Origin: Candidatus Delongbacteria bacterium
Lineage (GTDB): Bacteria; UBA4055
DNA length: 53,238 nucleotides
NCBI GenBank assembly: GCA_016937995.1
Contig: JAFGVM010000001.1
Location: 1 to 53,238, forward strand
Direction: 5' to 3'
The notes under the pieces: model-generated
The model's input: the letters and a program-made list of their open reading frames with translations, nothing else
Databases searched by the model: none
Told to the model about the DNA's origin: nothing
Made by a program: the position numbers and the translations under genes
Part shown: one piece after another, positions 1 to 7,809 of the stretch
How the letters are laid out: each line of letters starts with the position of its first letter
How positions within the stretch are numbered: position 1 is the first letter of the stretch

Positions 1-803
1 ACTACTATCTCAAATTGCGAGAATACGCTTTGTTTTTCGACATTGCAGAGGGCTTCGAACCCGAAACGGTTCTCTTTCATTCCAAGTAATTCGCTGCGGA
101 TATCATCGGTCAGTATGCCTGTATCGCCTTTGATGATCTTGTAGTTTTCAAGCAGGATGTCTTTCTGGTCGGAGAAAACGATCTTTCCGTTGTTGATGAA
201 AGTAATGTAATCGGCTATTTTTTCAAGATCGGAAGTGATGTGCGTCGAGAATAGGATAGATTTGTTCTCGTCCTGAATTTCTTCGCGGAGTATGTCCATG
301 AGCTTGTCGCGGAATACGGGGTCAAGTCCGGATGTCGGTTCGTCAAGGATCAGAAGTTCGGCGTTGTGCGAGAGAGCTACGGCAAGCGAGAATTTCATTT
401 TTGTTCCTTTTGATAGATCTCTGATTTTCTTATTCGGGAGGAGCTCAAATATCCCGCAGTATTCGTCGAATTTTTCATCATCCCACCTGCTGTAGAACGG
501 TGCGATTATCTCTTTCATTTTCTTTACGGTCAGATGCTCATAAAAATAGCTTTCTTCATATACGAAACCGATCCTGTCCTTTATCGCCACTTCATCTATC
601 GAATTATCCATTCCGAATATTTTGATGTCGCCGGAATCTTTCTTCAATAAATTCATTATAAGCCTGATAGTGGTCGTTTTTCCTGCCCCGTTAGGCCCGA
701 TGAAGCCCATCACAAACCCTTTATCGAGGTTGAAGTTTATATTATCCAGCTTAAAACCGTCAAACTCTTTCGAAACATTCTTTATATCTAATATTTTATT
801 CAT
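1..803 (-). CDS. ABC transporter ATP-binding protein (YtrB-like), runs off the left edge
   Basis: Not in the ORF track; translated by hand from ATG at 803: MNKILDIKNVSKEFDGFKLDNINFNLDKGFVMGFIGPNGAGKTTTIR (Walker A), later LLILDEPTSGLDP (Walker B). AGAGGAG RBS at 811-817. Lies downstream of the GntR gene. Confidence 0.93.
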   Translation of the reverse strand, partial: MNKILDIKNVSKEFDGFKLDNINFNLDKGFVMGFIGPNGAGKTTTIRLIMNLLKKDSGDIKIFGMDNSIDEVAIKDRIGFVYEESYFYEHLTVKKMKEIIAPFYSRWDDEKFDEYCGIFELLPNKKIRDLSKGTKMKFSLAVALSHNAELLILDEPTSGLDPVFRDKLMDILREEIQDENKSILFSTHITSDLEKIADYITFINNGKIVFSDQKDILLENYKIIKGDTGILTDDIRSELLGMKENRFGFEALCNVEKQSVFSQFEIV

Positions 804-816
804 TTTATTTCTCCTC

Positions 817-853
817 TGTCATTGCGAGGATTTTATTAAATCCGTGGCAATCT
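817..853. repeat. TGTCAT-type palindromic repeat (TGTCATTGCGAGG...CCGTGGCAATCT)
   Basis: Near-identical reverse-complement copy at 19453-19488. Confidence 0.85.
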
Positions 854-867
854 TGTTCTTTTTTTTT

Positions 868-897
868 TGTCATCCTCGTGCTCCGACACGGGGATCC
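868..897. repeat. TGTCAT-type palindromic repeat (TGTCATCCTCGTGCTCCGACACGGGGATCC)
   Basis: Near-identical copy at 10871-10900; internal hairpin. Confidence 0.85.
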
Positions 898-921
898 ATT
901 TTTATGTTTGTTAATCCGTTT

Positions 922-949
922 CGGGGTCGACCGTTGGGCGACCCCTACG
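922..949 (-). repeat. GTAG-type REP-like hairpin
   Basis: Minus strand reads GTAGGGGTCGCCCAACGGTCGACCCCG: GTAG tetramer plus imperfect GC-rich stem. Confidence 0.75.
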
Positions 950-950
950 A

Positions 951-981
951 ACTATCAACTGTCAACTTTCAACTGTCAACT
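951..981 (-). repeat. Heptamer tandem repeat (TTGANAG)x4
   Basis: Minus strand directly after the GntR stop: TTGACAG TTGAAAG TTGACAG TTGATAG TTCGTAG. Confidence 0.8.
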
Positions 982-1348
982 ACTCATACAACGCATCCAA
1001 CATCTCCCTTAATTCTTTCTTCTTCAATCCAAGCATTCTTGCTTCATCAACTGCTTCGATTAATTTATTTTCAATTATTTTCAATTTCTGTTCTTTGATA
1101 AATTCTTTATTCTGATGTGCTACAAAAGTTCCCTTTCCACCGACAGTTTCCAAAAAACCTTCTCTCTCCAGATCTTCATAACTTCTCTTGGTCGTTATAA
1201 CACTGATCCTAAGTTCTTTAGCAAGATTTCTTATAGATGGAAGAGCATCTCCGGCTTTTAGTTCACCGGTGATCATCAAACCTCTAAACTGATCAGAGAT
1301 CTGCTTATAGATAGGATCGGGAGATGAATTTTTAATTATAATTTTCAT
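980..1348 (-). CDS. GntR family transcriptional regulator, YtrA subfamily
   Basis: PIYKQI...LKAGDALPSIRNLAKELRISVITTKRSYEDLEREG...GKGTFV wHTH with a short C-terminus; 122 aa, upstream of an ABC ATPase. Confidence 0.95.
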   Translation of the reverse strand: MKIIIKNSSPDPIYKQISDQFRGLMITGELKAGDALPSIRNLAKELRISVITTKRSYEDLEREGFLETVGGKGTFVAHQNKEFIKEQKLKIIENKLIEAVDEARMLGLKKKELREMLDALYE

Positions 1349-1379
1349 GGTTTTCGACTCCGTGCATTTTGTGTTTGCC

Positions 1380-1427
1380 GTATATATGCGATATATACAA
1401 TTTAACGAATAATTTTTACCGTGTCAA
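1380..1427 (-). promoter_or_regulatory. Sigma70-type promoter with adjacent palindromic GntR/YtrA operator
   Basis: TTGACA (1427-1422)-N17-TAAATT (1404-1399), immediately followed by the inverted repeat GTATATAT-GCG-ATATATAC (1380-1398). Confidence 0.75.
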
Positions 1428-1443
1428 GTGTTTTTTATGACAT

Positions 1444-1467
1444 AAAAAAGCCCCATCAAAGATGGGG
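1444..1467 (-). terminator. Intrinsic terminator after the propeller lipoprotein gene
   Basis: Minus strand: CCCCATC-TTT-GATGGGG-C-TTTTTT. Confidence 0.75.
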
Positions 1468-1490
1468 AATTATGTGATTTAATTAAATTC

Positions 1491-1518
1491 GTAGGGAACG
1501 CAGATCTGCGTTCCGTAC
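1491..1518 (+). repeat. GTAG-type REP-like palindrome
   Basis: GTAGGGAACGCAGATCTGCGTTCCGTAC. Confidence 0.75.
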
Positions 1519-1532
1519 AATGTCAATGGAAT

Positions 1533-2690
1533 TTAATAATCATAAAATTTAATATTCCTACCTTTCTCATCGTCAAATTCATCCGCATTAAAATAAATCA
1601 GCTTATCACCTATGAATCTAATCCTGTAATACAATTTTGATCCCGTTCCATCATAGTAGACTAGATCTTTAAATTGAATAGAATTCTGATATATTCCATT
1701 TTTGAATATATCAACATACATGCCTGAAAGATTTTCAGAATTTCTCTCATTAGTTGCAAGTACCCATAATCTGTTATATTTGTCTACAAATATTTCGTTT
1801 ATAGCTCTCTTTTTTATATTACCAAATTTTTCTTTCATGTTAATACCATTCAATTCACTCATTCTATCCATTTCGATATCTTTGTAGAAGTAACTTCTGA
1901 AATCTTTTTTAATTTGATACTTCTTATCTCCTGTATTAGAGTCGTAAACATCTATCTTGTATTCACTATCACTTATCCAAGAGATATACAGATTAGTTTC
2001 ATTCCCACATATAAATGGGTACATTTGAGAACTGGCTGCTACACCATGTTCGATAATTTTATAAAATCTGTCAACAACTTTGATCTGATTAAAATCATTA
2101 TCCATTAGTATATTTTCTATTGTTAGCTCATCACTGTCTTTATCCAGAGTAAGATGTTCCCATTTTGTAGCTATAATTCTATGTTCTGAAAGTTTATGAA
2201 TTTCAGTTACAATGAAACCTAGGTTGAATGATTCAATGTATTCTCCACTAAGATCAAAAATATTAACTTTATCACTATTACTAAAAAAGGCATAGATCTT
2301 ATTATTGATGATTATTGTTCCTGAATATCCCTCATTTTCACCGGGTCCTTGCCCAGTTGGTGAAAATGATCTTATGAATTTAAAATTACTATTATACAAA
2401 GTTAATCTTCCTTTAGGATTATAACCCTGAACTAAAATATTATCGCCTGGCAGTTTATGAACTGTTGACATCCAAAAGAACCCTAGAGAATCTTCTGCGC
2501 TACGATTACTGTTAATCTGACCGGTATATTTCAGATTAACCTTTAGTTCCGGATCATCAGAAATCTTTTTGTTGATGATCACTTTACCGTCTTCAGTTTC
2601 AACAACGGTATAATTCGTTTTCTTTTCACATGCGTTAAAGATCAACAACATTACAACAATGCCAAACAAAATCACTTTTCTCATTCTCAT
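1533..2690 (-). CDS. 6-bladed beta-propeller (NHL-like) lipoprotein
   Basis: Lipobox-like FNAC, GQGPGE motif, IFVDKYNRLWV, YVDIFKNGIY; paralog of 20496-21659. Confidence 0.8.
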   Translation of the reverse strand: MRMRKVILFGIVVMLLIFNACEKKTNYTVVETEDGKVIINKKISDDPELKVNLKYTGQINSNRSAEDSLGFFWMSTVHKLPGDNILVQGYNPKGRLTLYNSNFKFIRSFSPTGQGPGENEGYSGTIIINNKIYAFFSNSDKVNIFDLSGEYIESFNLGFIVTEIHKLSEHRIIATKWEHLTLDKDSDELTIENILMDNDFNQIKVVDRFYKIIEHGVAASSQMYPFICGNETNLYISWISDSEYKIDVYDSNTGDKKYQIKKDFRSYFYKDIEMDRMSELNGINMKEKFGNIKKRAINEIFVDKYNRLWVLATNERNSENLSGMYVDIFKNGIYQNSIQFKDLVYYDGTGSKLYYRIRFIGDKLIYFNADEFDDEKGRNIKFYDY

Positions 2691-2840
2691 CCTCTCTCAA
2701 TTTGATATTTTAAATTTTTTACCTATCCGAAAGTATGAAAACTAGTTTATTTTCAGAAATTATACAATTTAGTAGTGATGAAATGCTTAAAATATGGTGT
2801 GAATGGAATAAGTATATTGCAAAATGTGTTTTTTTTCTCT

Positions 2841-2869
2841 TTGACTCTTTTTACGATTTTAACTACATT
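2841..2869 (+). promoter_or_regulatory. Sigma70-type promoter
   Basis: TTGACT-N17-TACATT upstream of GGAGGA RBS and ATG at 2904. Confidence 0.6.
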
Positions 2870-2903
2870 AAATCATCAAAATAAATATTACAACGGAGGA
2901 TTT

Positions 2904-4334
2904 ATGCTCAAAAGGTTAACAGTATTACTTTTATTTGTAGTTACAACTACAGTCTTTTTCTCTTGTACTGAAGATGATTCAACAGATCCGATAATTTATG
3001 ATGAGTTTACCGTTCAGACTGACTGGTCCGGTGGAGGTACTCAGGTAGATATGCTGGATTCGAATAAATTTAATGTTTCAGCAGGTATTGACTTCACATC
3101 CACACCAGGAGAAATTACTATTTCAGGTGATTATTTTGTAACTAACGATGCTCAGACTTACAACGGTAAATTATATGTCTGTGTCACCGGATACGGTACA
3201 TTTGAATATGATCCAACATCAGATGTATGGAAACTTAGTCTTGCAGGTCACTACTGGAGATTCTCTTATGTATTTGATGGAAAACTTTACACTTTGTACT
3301 CAGGTGTTGAAATAAAAACTTACGATGGAACAACAAACGATTATGGTCTAGGTCCAAACGGTTGGGCCGTTTTCAATAATGATGGACTACCTGCATACGG
3401 TGAAGTTGATCCTTACCTCAATATTTTTGATTTTACAGAGTTCAATTCAGAACTATATGCATGTGGTGGTCTCTGGAATGGTACAACAAACCAGTCTGCT
3501 GGAGGTCAGGTATATAAATTTAATGGTACTGCATGGGAACAGGTTGGTGCAACTACTGAGAACTCATCTAATGCTATTGTAGCTTACGATGGAGAACTTT
3601 ATTGGGGAACTCACTGGAGTGGTGATCTTTTTAAACTTGTAGGTGGAGTTTGGACATACACAGGTCATTCTTTCGGGATGTCAGTTACTGATCTTGTTGT
3701 ATGTAATGATAAATTATATGTTGCTTCTTGGAACACATCTTATGTAACAGGTTATGTTGATGAATTTGATGGTACGAACTGGGTAAGAAGATATAACGGT
3801 GAGGCTGTAACAGAGCTTACTGTACATAACAATATGATAACATGGGGTACTAATCCCGGAGGTAAGATATTTCAATTATCAAATGATCCCGCTCCTTGGG
3901 TTGTGAATCTTTACGATCTAGGTATTACCTGCATAAGTGGACTAGTTTCAGTTAATGGTGATCTTTATAACGGTTGTGGTTATCAAACAGCTCCGAATGT
4001 AAGAGATAATTTTATTTATAAGAACGGAGTTCAGGAAAAGAAATTAGAATGCTGTATGTTAGTATCATCAGGTTATTCTTCTATTGAGAACACTTGGGGT
4101 AACATTGTATGGAATTGTGACGAACCAGCAGGCACAGGTGTGGAAGTATGGGTTCAGGGAAAAGACTCTGCTGCTGCATGGCCAATGTACACTGAATATA
4201 ACTGGACTCAAATGGTAAATGATACTCCTATTGAACTTGATGGACAGGATATGAGATATAAAGTTTATCTATGGTCGACTGAAGACGGTGTAACACCAAC
4301 TTTTGAAGATATTTCACTAAAGGTAGAGCAATAA
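2904..4334 (+). CDS. Lipoprotein with beta-propeller repeats and a C-terminal beta-sandwich
   Basis: Start moved from 2775 to 2904 (GGAGGA RBS, promoter, signal peptide MLKRL...FFSC). Repeated [FY][ND]GxLY and [FY][DN]GTxW blade motifs. Confidence 0.8.
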   Translation: MLKRLTVLLLFVVTTTVFFSCTEDDSTDPIIYDEFTVQTDWSGGGTQVDMLDSNKFNVSAGIDFTSTPGEITISGDYFVTNDAQTYNGKLYVCVTGYGTFEYDPTSDVWKLSLAGHYWRFSYVFDGKLYTLYSGVEIKTYDGTTNDYGLGPNGWAVFNNDGLPAYGEVDPYLNIFDFTEFNSELYACGGLWNGTTNQSAGGQVYKFNGTAWEQVGATTENSSNAIVAYDGELYWGTHWSGDLFKLVGGVWTYTGHSFGMSVTDLVVCNDKLYVASWNTSYVTGYVDEFDGTNWVRRYNGEAVTELTVHNNMITWGTNPGGKIFQLSNDPAPWVVNLYDLGITCISGLVSVNGDLYNGCGYQTAPNVRDNFIYKNGVQEKKLECCMLVSSGYSSIENTWGNIVWNCDEPAGTGVEVWVQGKDSAAAWPMYTEYNWTQMVNDTPIELDGQDMRYKVYLWSTEDGVTPTFEDISLKVEQ

Positions 4335-4347
4335 ATGTATAAAAAAC

Positions 4348-4372
4348 GGGGACGGAAAAATCCGTCCCCTAC
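4348..4372 (-). repeat. GTAG-type REP-like hairpin between convergent genes, probably also a terminator
   Basis: Minus strand GTAGGGGACGGATTTTTCCGTCCCC, flanked by A- and T-tracts. Confidence 0.75.
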
Positions 4373-4376
4373 ATTT

Positions 4377-5144
4377 TTAATTGTCAAATATTTTAAACAG
4401 TTTTCTCGTATTTTCTAACGTGACCTTAGAAACTTCCTCAATGCTGATATTTTTTAAATCAGCGATCTTCTGAGCGATATATCTCAATTTTGAAGGATCA
4501 TTCCTCTTACCCCGAAAAGGAACAGGGGTTAAAAACGGAGAGTCTGTTTCAAGCAGTAAACGATCCAGAGGCAAAGCTTTTATAACTTCTTCTCTGTCAT
4601 TTTTTTTATAAGTGATATTCCCGGTGAAAGAAATATAAAATCCTTTATCTATCAATTCCAGGGCCGTATCTGCAGATCCTGCGTAACAATGAAAAACACC
4701 TGTATAATTATCTGAAACTTCATTTATAACTTTCATAGTCTCTATTTCTGCATCTCTGCTATGAATGATTACAGGAAAATTTTCTTCGAGAGATAATTCA
4801 AGCTGCTTTATAAAATATTTTCTCTGTGTTTCGAAAGGGACTTTATCCCAGTAAAGATCCAATCCTGTTTCGCCCAATGCAACAACCTTATCATGCTTCA
4901 AAAGCTCTCTGATCTCTTTTACAGCATCATCAGAATTACTTTTTAGATCTGTAGGGTGCAAACCAACTGCAGCATAGATCCTATCATATTTTTCTGCAAG
5001 CCTGATCGATTGATATGAAGTTTCAATGTCAACACCAACGTTGATAATTCCATCGATCTCAGTTGAAAGAAGCTCATTAATAAGTTTGTCCCTGTCCTCA
5101 TCATAATGTTCAAAATATAAATGTGCATGAGACTCGAAGAACAA
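4377..5144 (-). CDS. tatD: TatD family deoxyribonuclease
   Basis: ESHAH, VGLHP, GETGLD, IIHSR, GVFHC, LLETDSPFL motifs; TTG start. Confidence 0.95.
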   Translation of the reverse strand: MFFESHAHLYFEHYDEDRDKLINELLSTEIDGIINVGVDIETSYQSIRLAEKYDRIYAAVGLHPTDLKSNSDDAVKEIRELLKHDKVVALGETGLDLYWDKVPFETQRKYFIKQLELSLEENFPVIIHSRDAEIETMKVINEVSDNYTGVFHCYAGSADTALELIDKGFYISFTGNITYKKNDREEVIKALPLDRLLLETDSPFLTPVPFRGKRNDPSKLRYIAQKIADLKNISIEEVSKVTLENTRKLFKIFDN

Positions 5145-5155
5145 AACTTACTCCA

Positions 5156-5830
5156 CTATAAAAATAATATTCTAATGAAAAATTCTGCTACAGGAAATAT
5201 AGCCATTCCGAAAATAGAGAATTTAAATACATTACCTATCACTATCAAACCGATAAGGATACCTATACCGTATCTGCTCACAGCTTCAAACTTATCAGCC
5301 TGCTCATGTGTTAAAAATCCCATAAGTATCTTAGAACCATCCAAAGGTGGTATCGGGAATAGATTGAATATCATCAGGACAGTATTTATAAGAACAGCAT
5401 AGAAAAAGAAATTCTCCAGATAGGTTTGATGCTCCGGTGAAAAAATTATATATGGATCTATTCTGTCCATTCCTACGATAAGTAATATCTTGTATAGTAT
5501 TATTGATACAATGATAAGAAGAAGATTAGAAAGCGGTCCCGCAGCAGCAGTGATAGCCATATCTCTTTTCATATTTTTAAAATTAAAAGGATTCACAGGA
5601 ACGGGCTTTGCCCCCCCGAACATTATTGACCAGCCTGAAAGAAGACCTAACATAAGTGGCAGCATGACTGTCATCATCGGATCAATATGAGGCATTGGGT
5701 TTAAAGTTAATCTGCCCATTCTCTTGGCAGTAGGATCACCAAGGTAAAATGCTGTTACTCCGTGAGATACTTCATGAAATACCACTGAGAACAGCAGTAC
5801 TATGATCATTATAATTATTCCAGGACCCAT
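5156..5830 (-). CDS. Site-2 protease, peptidase M50 family
   Basis: HEVSH, GDPTAKRMGRLTLNP, AGPLSN, FNLFPIPPLDG. Confidence 0.95.
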   Translation of the reverse strand: MGPGIIIMIIVLLFSVVFHEVSHGVTAFYLGDPTAKRMGRLTLNPMPHIDPMMTVMLPLMLGLLSGWSIMFGGAKPVPVNPFNFKNMKRDMAITAAAGPLSNLLLIIVSIILYKILLIVGMDRIDPYIIFSPEHQTYLENFFFYAVLINTVLMIFNLFPIPPLDGSKILMGFLTHEQADKFEAVSRYGIGILIGLIVIGNVFKFSIFGMAIFPVAEFFIRILFL

Positions 5831-5837
5831 AATTTAT

Positions 5838-6557
5838 CTAAAACTTATAACTTAACATTAACTTATGATTAACATGACCTGTATCGTCAAGAGACTGAAT
5901 TATCTCTGTCTTTAACGCAGGTGCTCTGTATGAAGCATTTATTGCACTTACTAGATGATTTAGTGCAATTGCCCCGATAGTGTAAAAGAACCTTGTATTG
6001 CCGTCTTCTGAGGATATTCTTATGTCATCGTAATCTTTTCTAACCGACGTTGATGACCAGTCCCAGAAATCTGAAGGATTATCATATCTGTTATTAAAAT
6101 CCCTGTCAATATTTCTCTGGGCATTATAATCTTCTACGTTATCGTAATTTGCAATGTCCACCCAGTATCTCTCATCTTTTCCCGATGGATCAACACCTGC
6201 CTTCAACGCGGCAAGGTCCTTATAATCATCCTCTCTTATAGAAGAGTAATAACTAAATCCGGCTGCAACAGCTATTAAACTCACTTCTGTGATAAAAAAA
6301 GTCGCAGCCTCTTTCTTTCTTCCCAGCTTATACTCCCCCCATCCCGGAACAATAAATGAACGGATGAAGTATTTAAAACTGTCAGTTTTTTTCTTTTTAT
6401 CTTTATCTCCCTTACCGTACCTGTCCCTAACGAATGACATCTCTTTTTCAAAATCATTTAGATTATTGAAAGGAACTATATCCTCGGCAACAAGGACCCG
6501 ACAGAATAAAAAGATCATTATCAGAGAAATAATATGTCCGTATCTTAAATTCATCAA
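5838..6557 (-). CDS. Exported/membrane protein, DUF5683-like
   Basis: Signal peptide; RSFIVPGWGEY followed by a hydrophobic helix; LNHLVSAINA; C-terminal F. Confidence 0.65.
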   Translation of the reverse strand: MMNLRYGHIISLIMIFLFCRVLVAEDIVPFNNLNDFEKEMSFVRDRYGKGDKDKKKKTDSFKYFIRSFIVPGWGEYKLGRKKEAATFFITEVSLIAVAAGFSYYSSIREDDYKDLAALKAGVDPSGKDERYWVDIANYDNVEDYNAQRNIDRDFNNRYDNPSDFWDWSSTSVRKDYDDIRISSEDGNTRFFYTIGAIALNHLVSAINASYRAPALKTEIIQSLDDTGHVNHKLMLSYKF

Positions 6558-6559
6558 AT

Positions 6560-7696
6560 TTACCAGTTGACCGAGTAGGTCAGTTTATAATTATCTAATC
6601 CCAGGACATCAGCCTTATCATTGTTTTCGATCCTGAGCTTTGTTTCAATAGAATATTTGGATTTGATAACATATGCGGCATCAAAAGCTGAAGCAACATG
6701 ATTTAACAAGGTCACCATAAGAAAGTTCTGCCCCATTTCATAAGCTATATTAGCTTCATTTCTGAGATCCTCATAGAAATCTACATGTTCCGCTGAATTA
6801 TGATCATTAAAGTTAAATGCACTTGACTCATTCAACTTTAACTTAGGCCTAAGTACTGCTGTTGTGTCAGTTCCGTTTATTGCATATTCCGTAACGTATA
6901 TTATCTCTCCCTCAGCATCTCTTTCATAACCCTCATAATCGTCCCATCCACCGGCGAACTGATGATACTTACCTATCATTTCATAGTACTGCTGAGTTTT
7001 TCCGCTCGGCAGGTTATGTGTAAATTCTTTTAATGCAATGTCACCTTCAGCAAAGGTCATTACATCCGCCAAAGGCAGACCCAGATAGTATAATGAAGTA
7101 TCTGTCATAGACATTTCCATCATGTCCAGAACACAAAATTCTGTATCGTTATCCCAGTCAATATCATCATCCCAGTACCAGTTATCTCTATCTTTAAAAT
7201 AATCAAGGCTCCAGATATCCACTGCATTAACAGCAGGATTGGCATTTAAATATACCAGAAAATTCTGGGACATACCCATTAAACCGCCATAATAACGGTC
7301 TTCACTAAAACTGGAATTGGCATAATCTTCAAACTCTGCAGTTTTATCATCACCGTCAGAATCATATACATACCATAAAGAAACCGCAACTGCCTCAATA
7401 CCAAAAAATATACCGCTTCTGATATAGTCCTTTGCATAGAATTCACCTGCTCCGGGCAGTAATATCGAAAGACCTGAAGCGATCATAGGGCTCATTCCGT
7501 CCTTATATTCCGCTTTCTTTTTGCTTTTTATCCTTGGAGTTGATGCTTCAGTTTCAACAGTCTCAGCTGTATCATCATTTTGAGCCAACATTATACCTGA
7601 TATACCATTATAATTGACCGCCTGGCCATACATAGATACTAAAAATCCAAGTATCATCACTATAATTGATATTCTCTTATTTTTCATTGTTCTCAC
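6560..7696 (-). CDS. Exported/membrane protein, DUF5683-like (paralog of 5838-6557)
   Basis: SILLPGAGEFY followed by a hydrophobic helix; QQYYEMIGKY; LNHVASAFDA; C-terminal W. Confidence 0.65.
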   Translation of the reverse strand: MRTMKNKRISIIVMILGFLVSMYGQAVNYNGISGIMLAQNDDTAETVETEASTPRIKSKKKAEYKDGMSPMIASGLSILLPGAGEFYAKDYIRSGIFFGIEAVAVSLWYVYDSDGDDKTAEFEDYANSSFSEDRYYGGLMGMSQNFLVYLNANPAVNAVDIWSLDYFKDRDNWYWDDDIDWDNDTEFCVLDMMEMSMTDTSLYYLGLPLADVMTFAEGDIALKEFTHNLPSGKTQQYYEMIGKYHQFAGGWDDYEGYERDAEGEIIYVTEYAINGTDTTAVLRPKLKLNESSAFNFNDHNSAEHVDFYEDLRNEANIAYEMGQNFLMVTLLNHVASAFDAAYVIKSKYSIETKLRIENNDKADVLGLDNYKLTYSVNW

Positions 7697-7809
7697 CCGT
7701 ATGCTTAATTAAATATTATCCTTTTTGTCTTCGCTGAATTAGTTCATTATATCTTGTAATATTTTTTATTCTGTCATGCTGATCCCGATTTCGAATTATC
7801 AATTGCTTC

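Noticed and set aside
817-981. Possible CRISPR array or IS/MITE at the repeat clusters
   Set aside because: No regularly spaced direct repeats with unique spacers, no cas or transposase gene, and no terminal inverted repeats with target duplications.
951-981. TTGACA hexamers as tandem -35 boxes
   Set aside because: They are part of a 7-nt periodic repeat and have no appropriately spaced -10.
292-1098. Plus-strand ORFs 292-495 and 622-1098, and the many other short antisense or nested ORFs in the track
   Set aside because: They overlap well-supported genes on the other strand or frame, lack RBS or motifs, and read as shadow ORFs.
2775-2903. N-terminal extension of the lipoprotein ORF
   Set aside because: It contains the promoter and RBS; the signal peptide starts at 2904.
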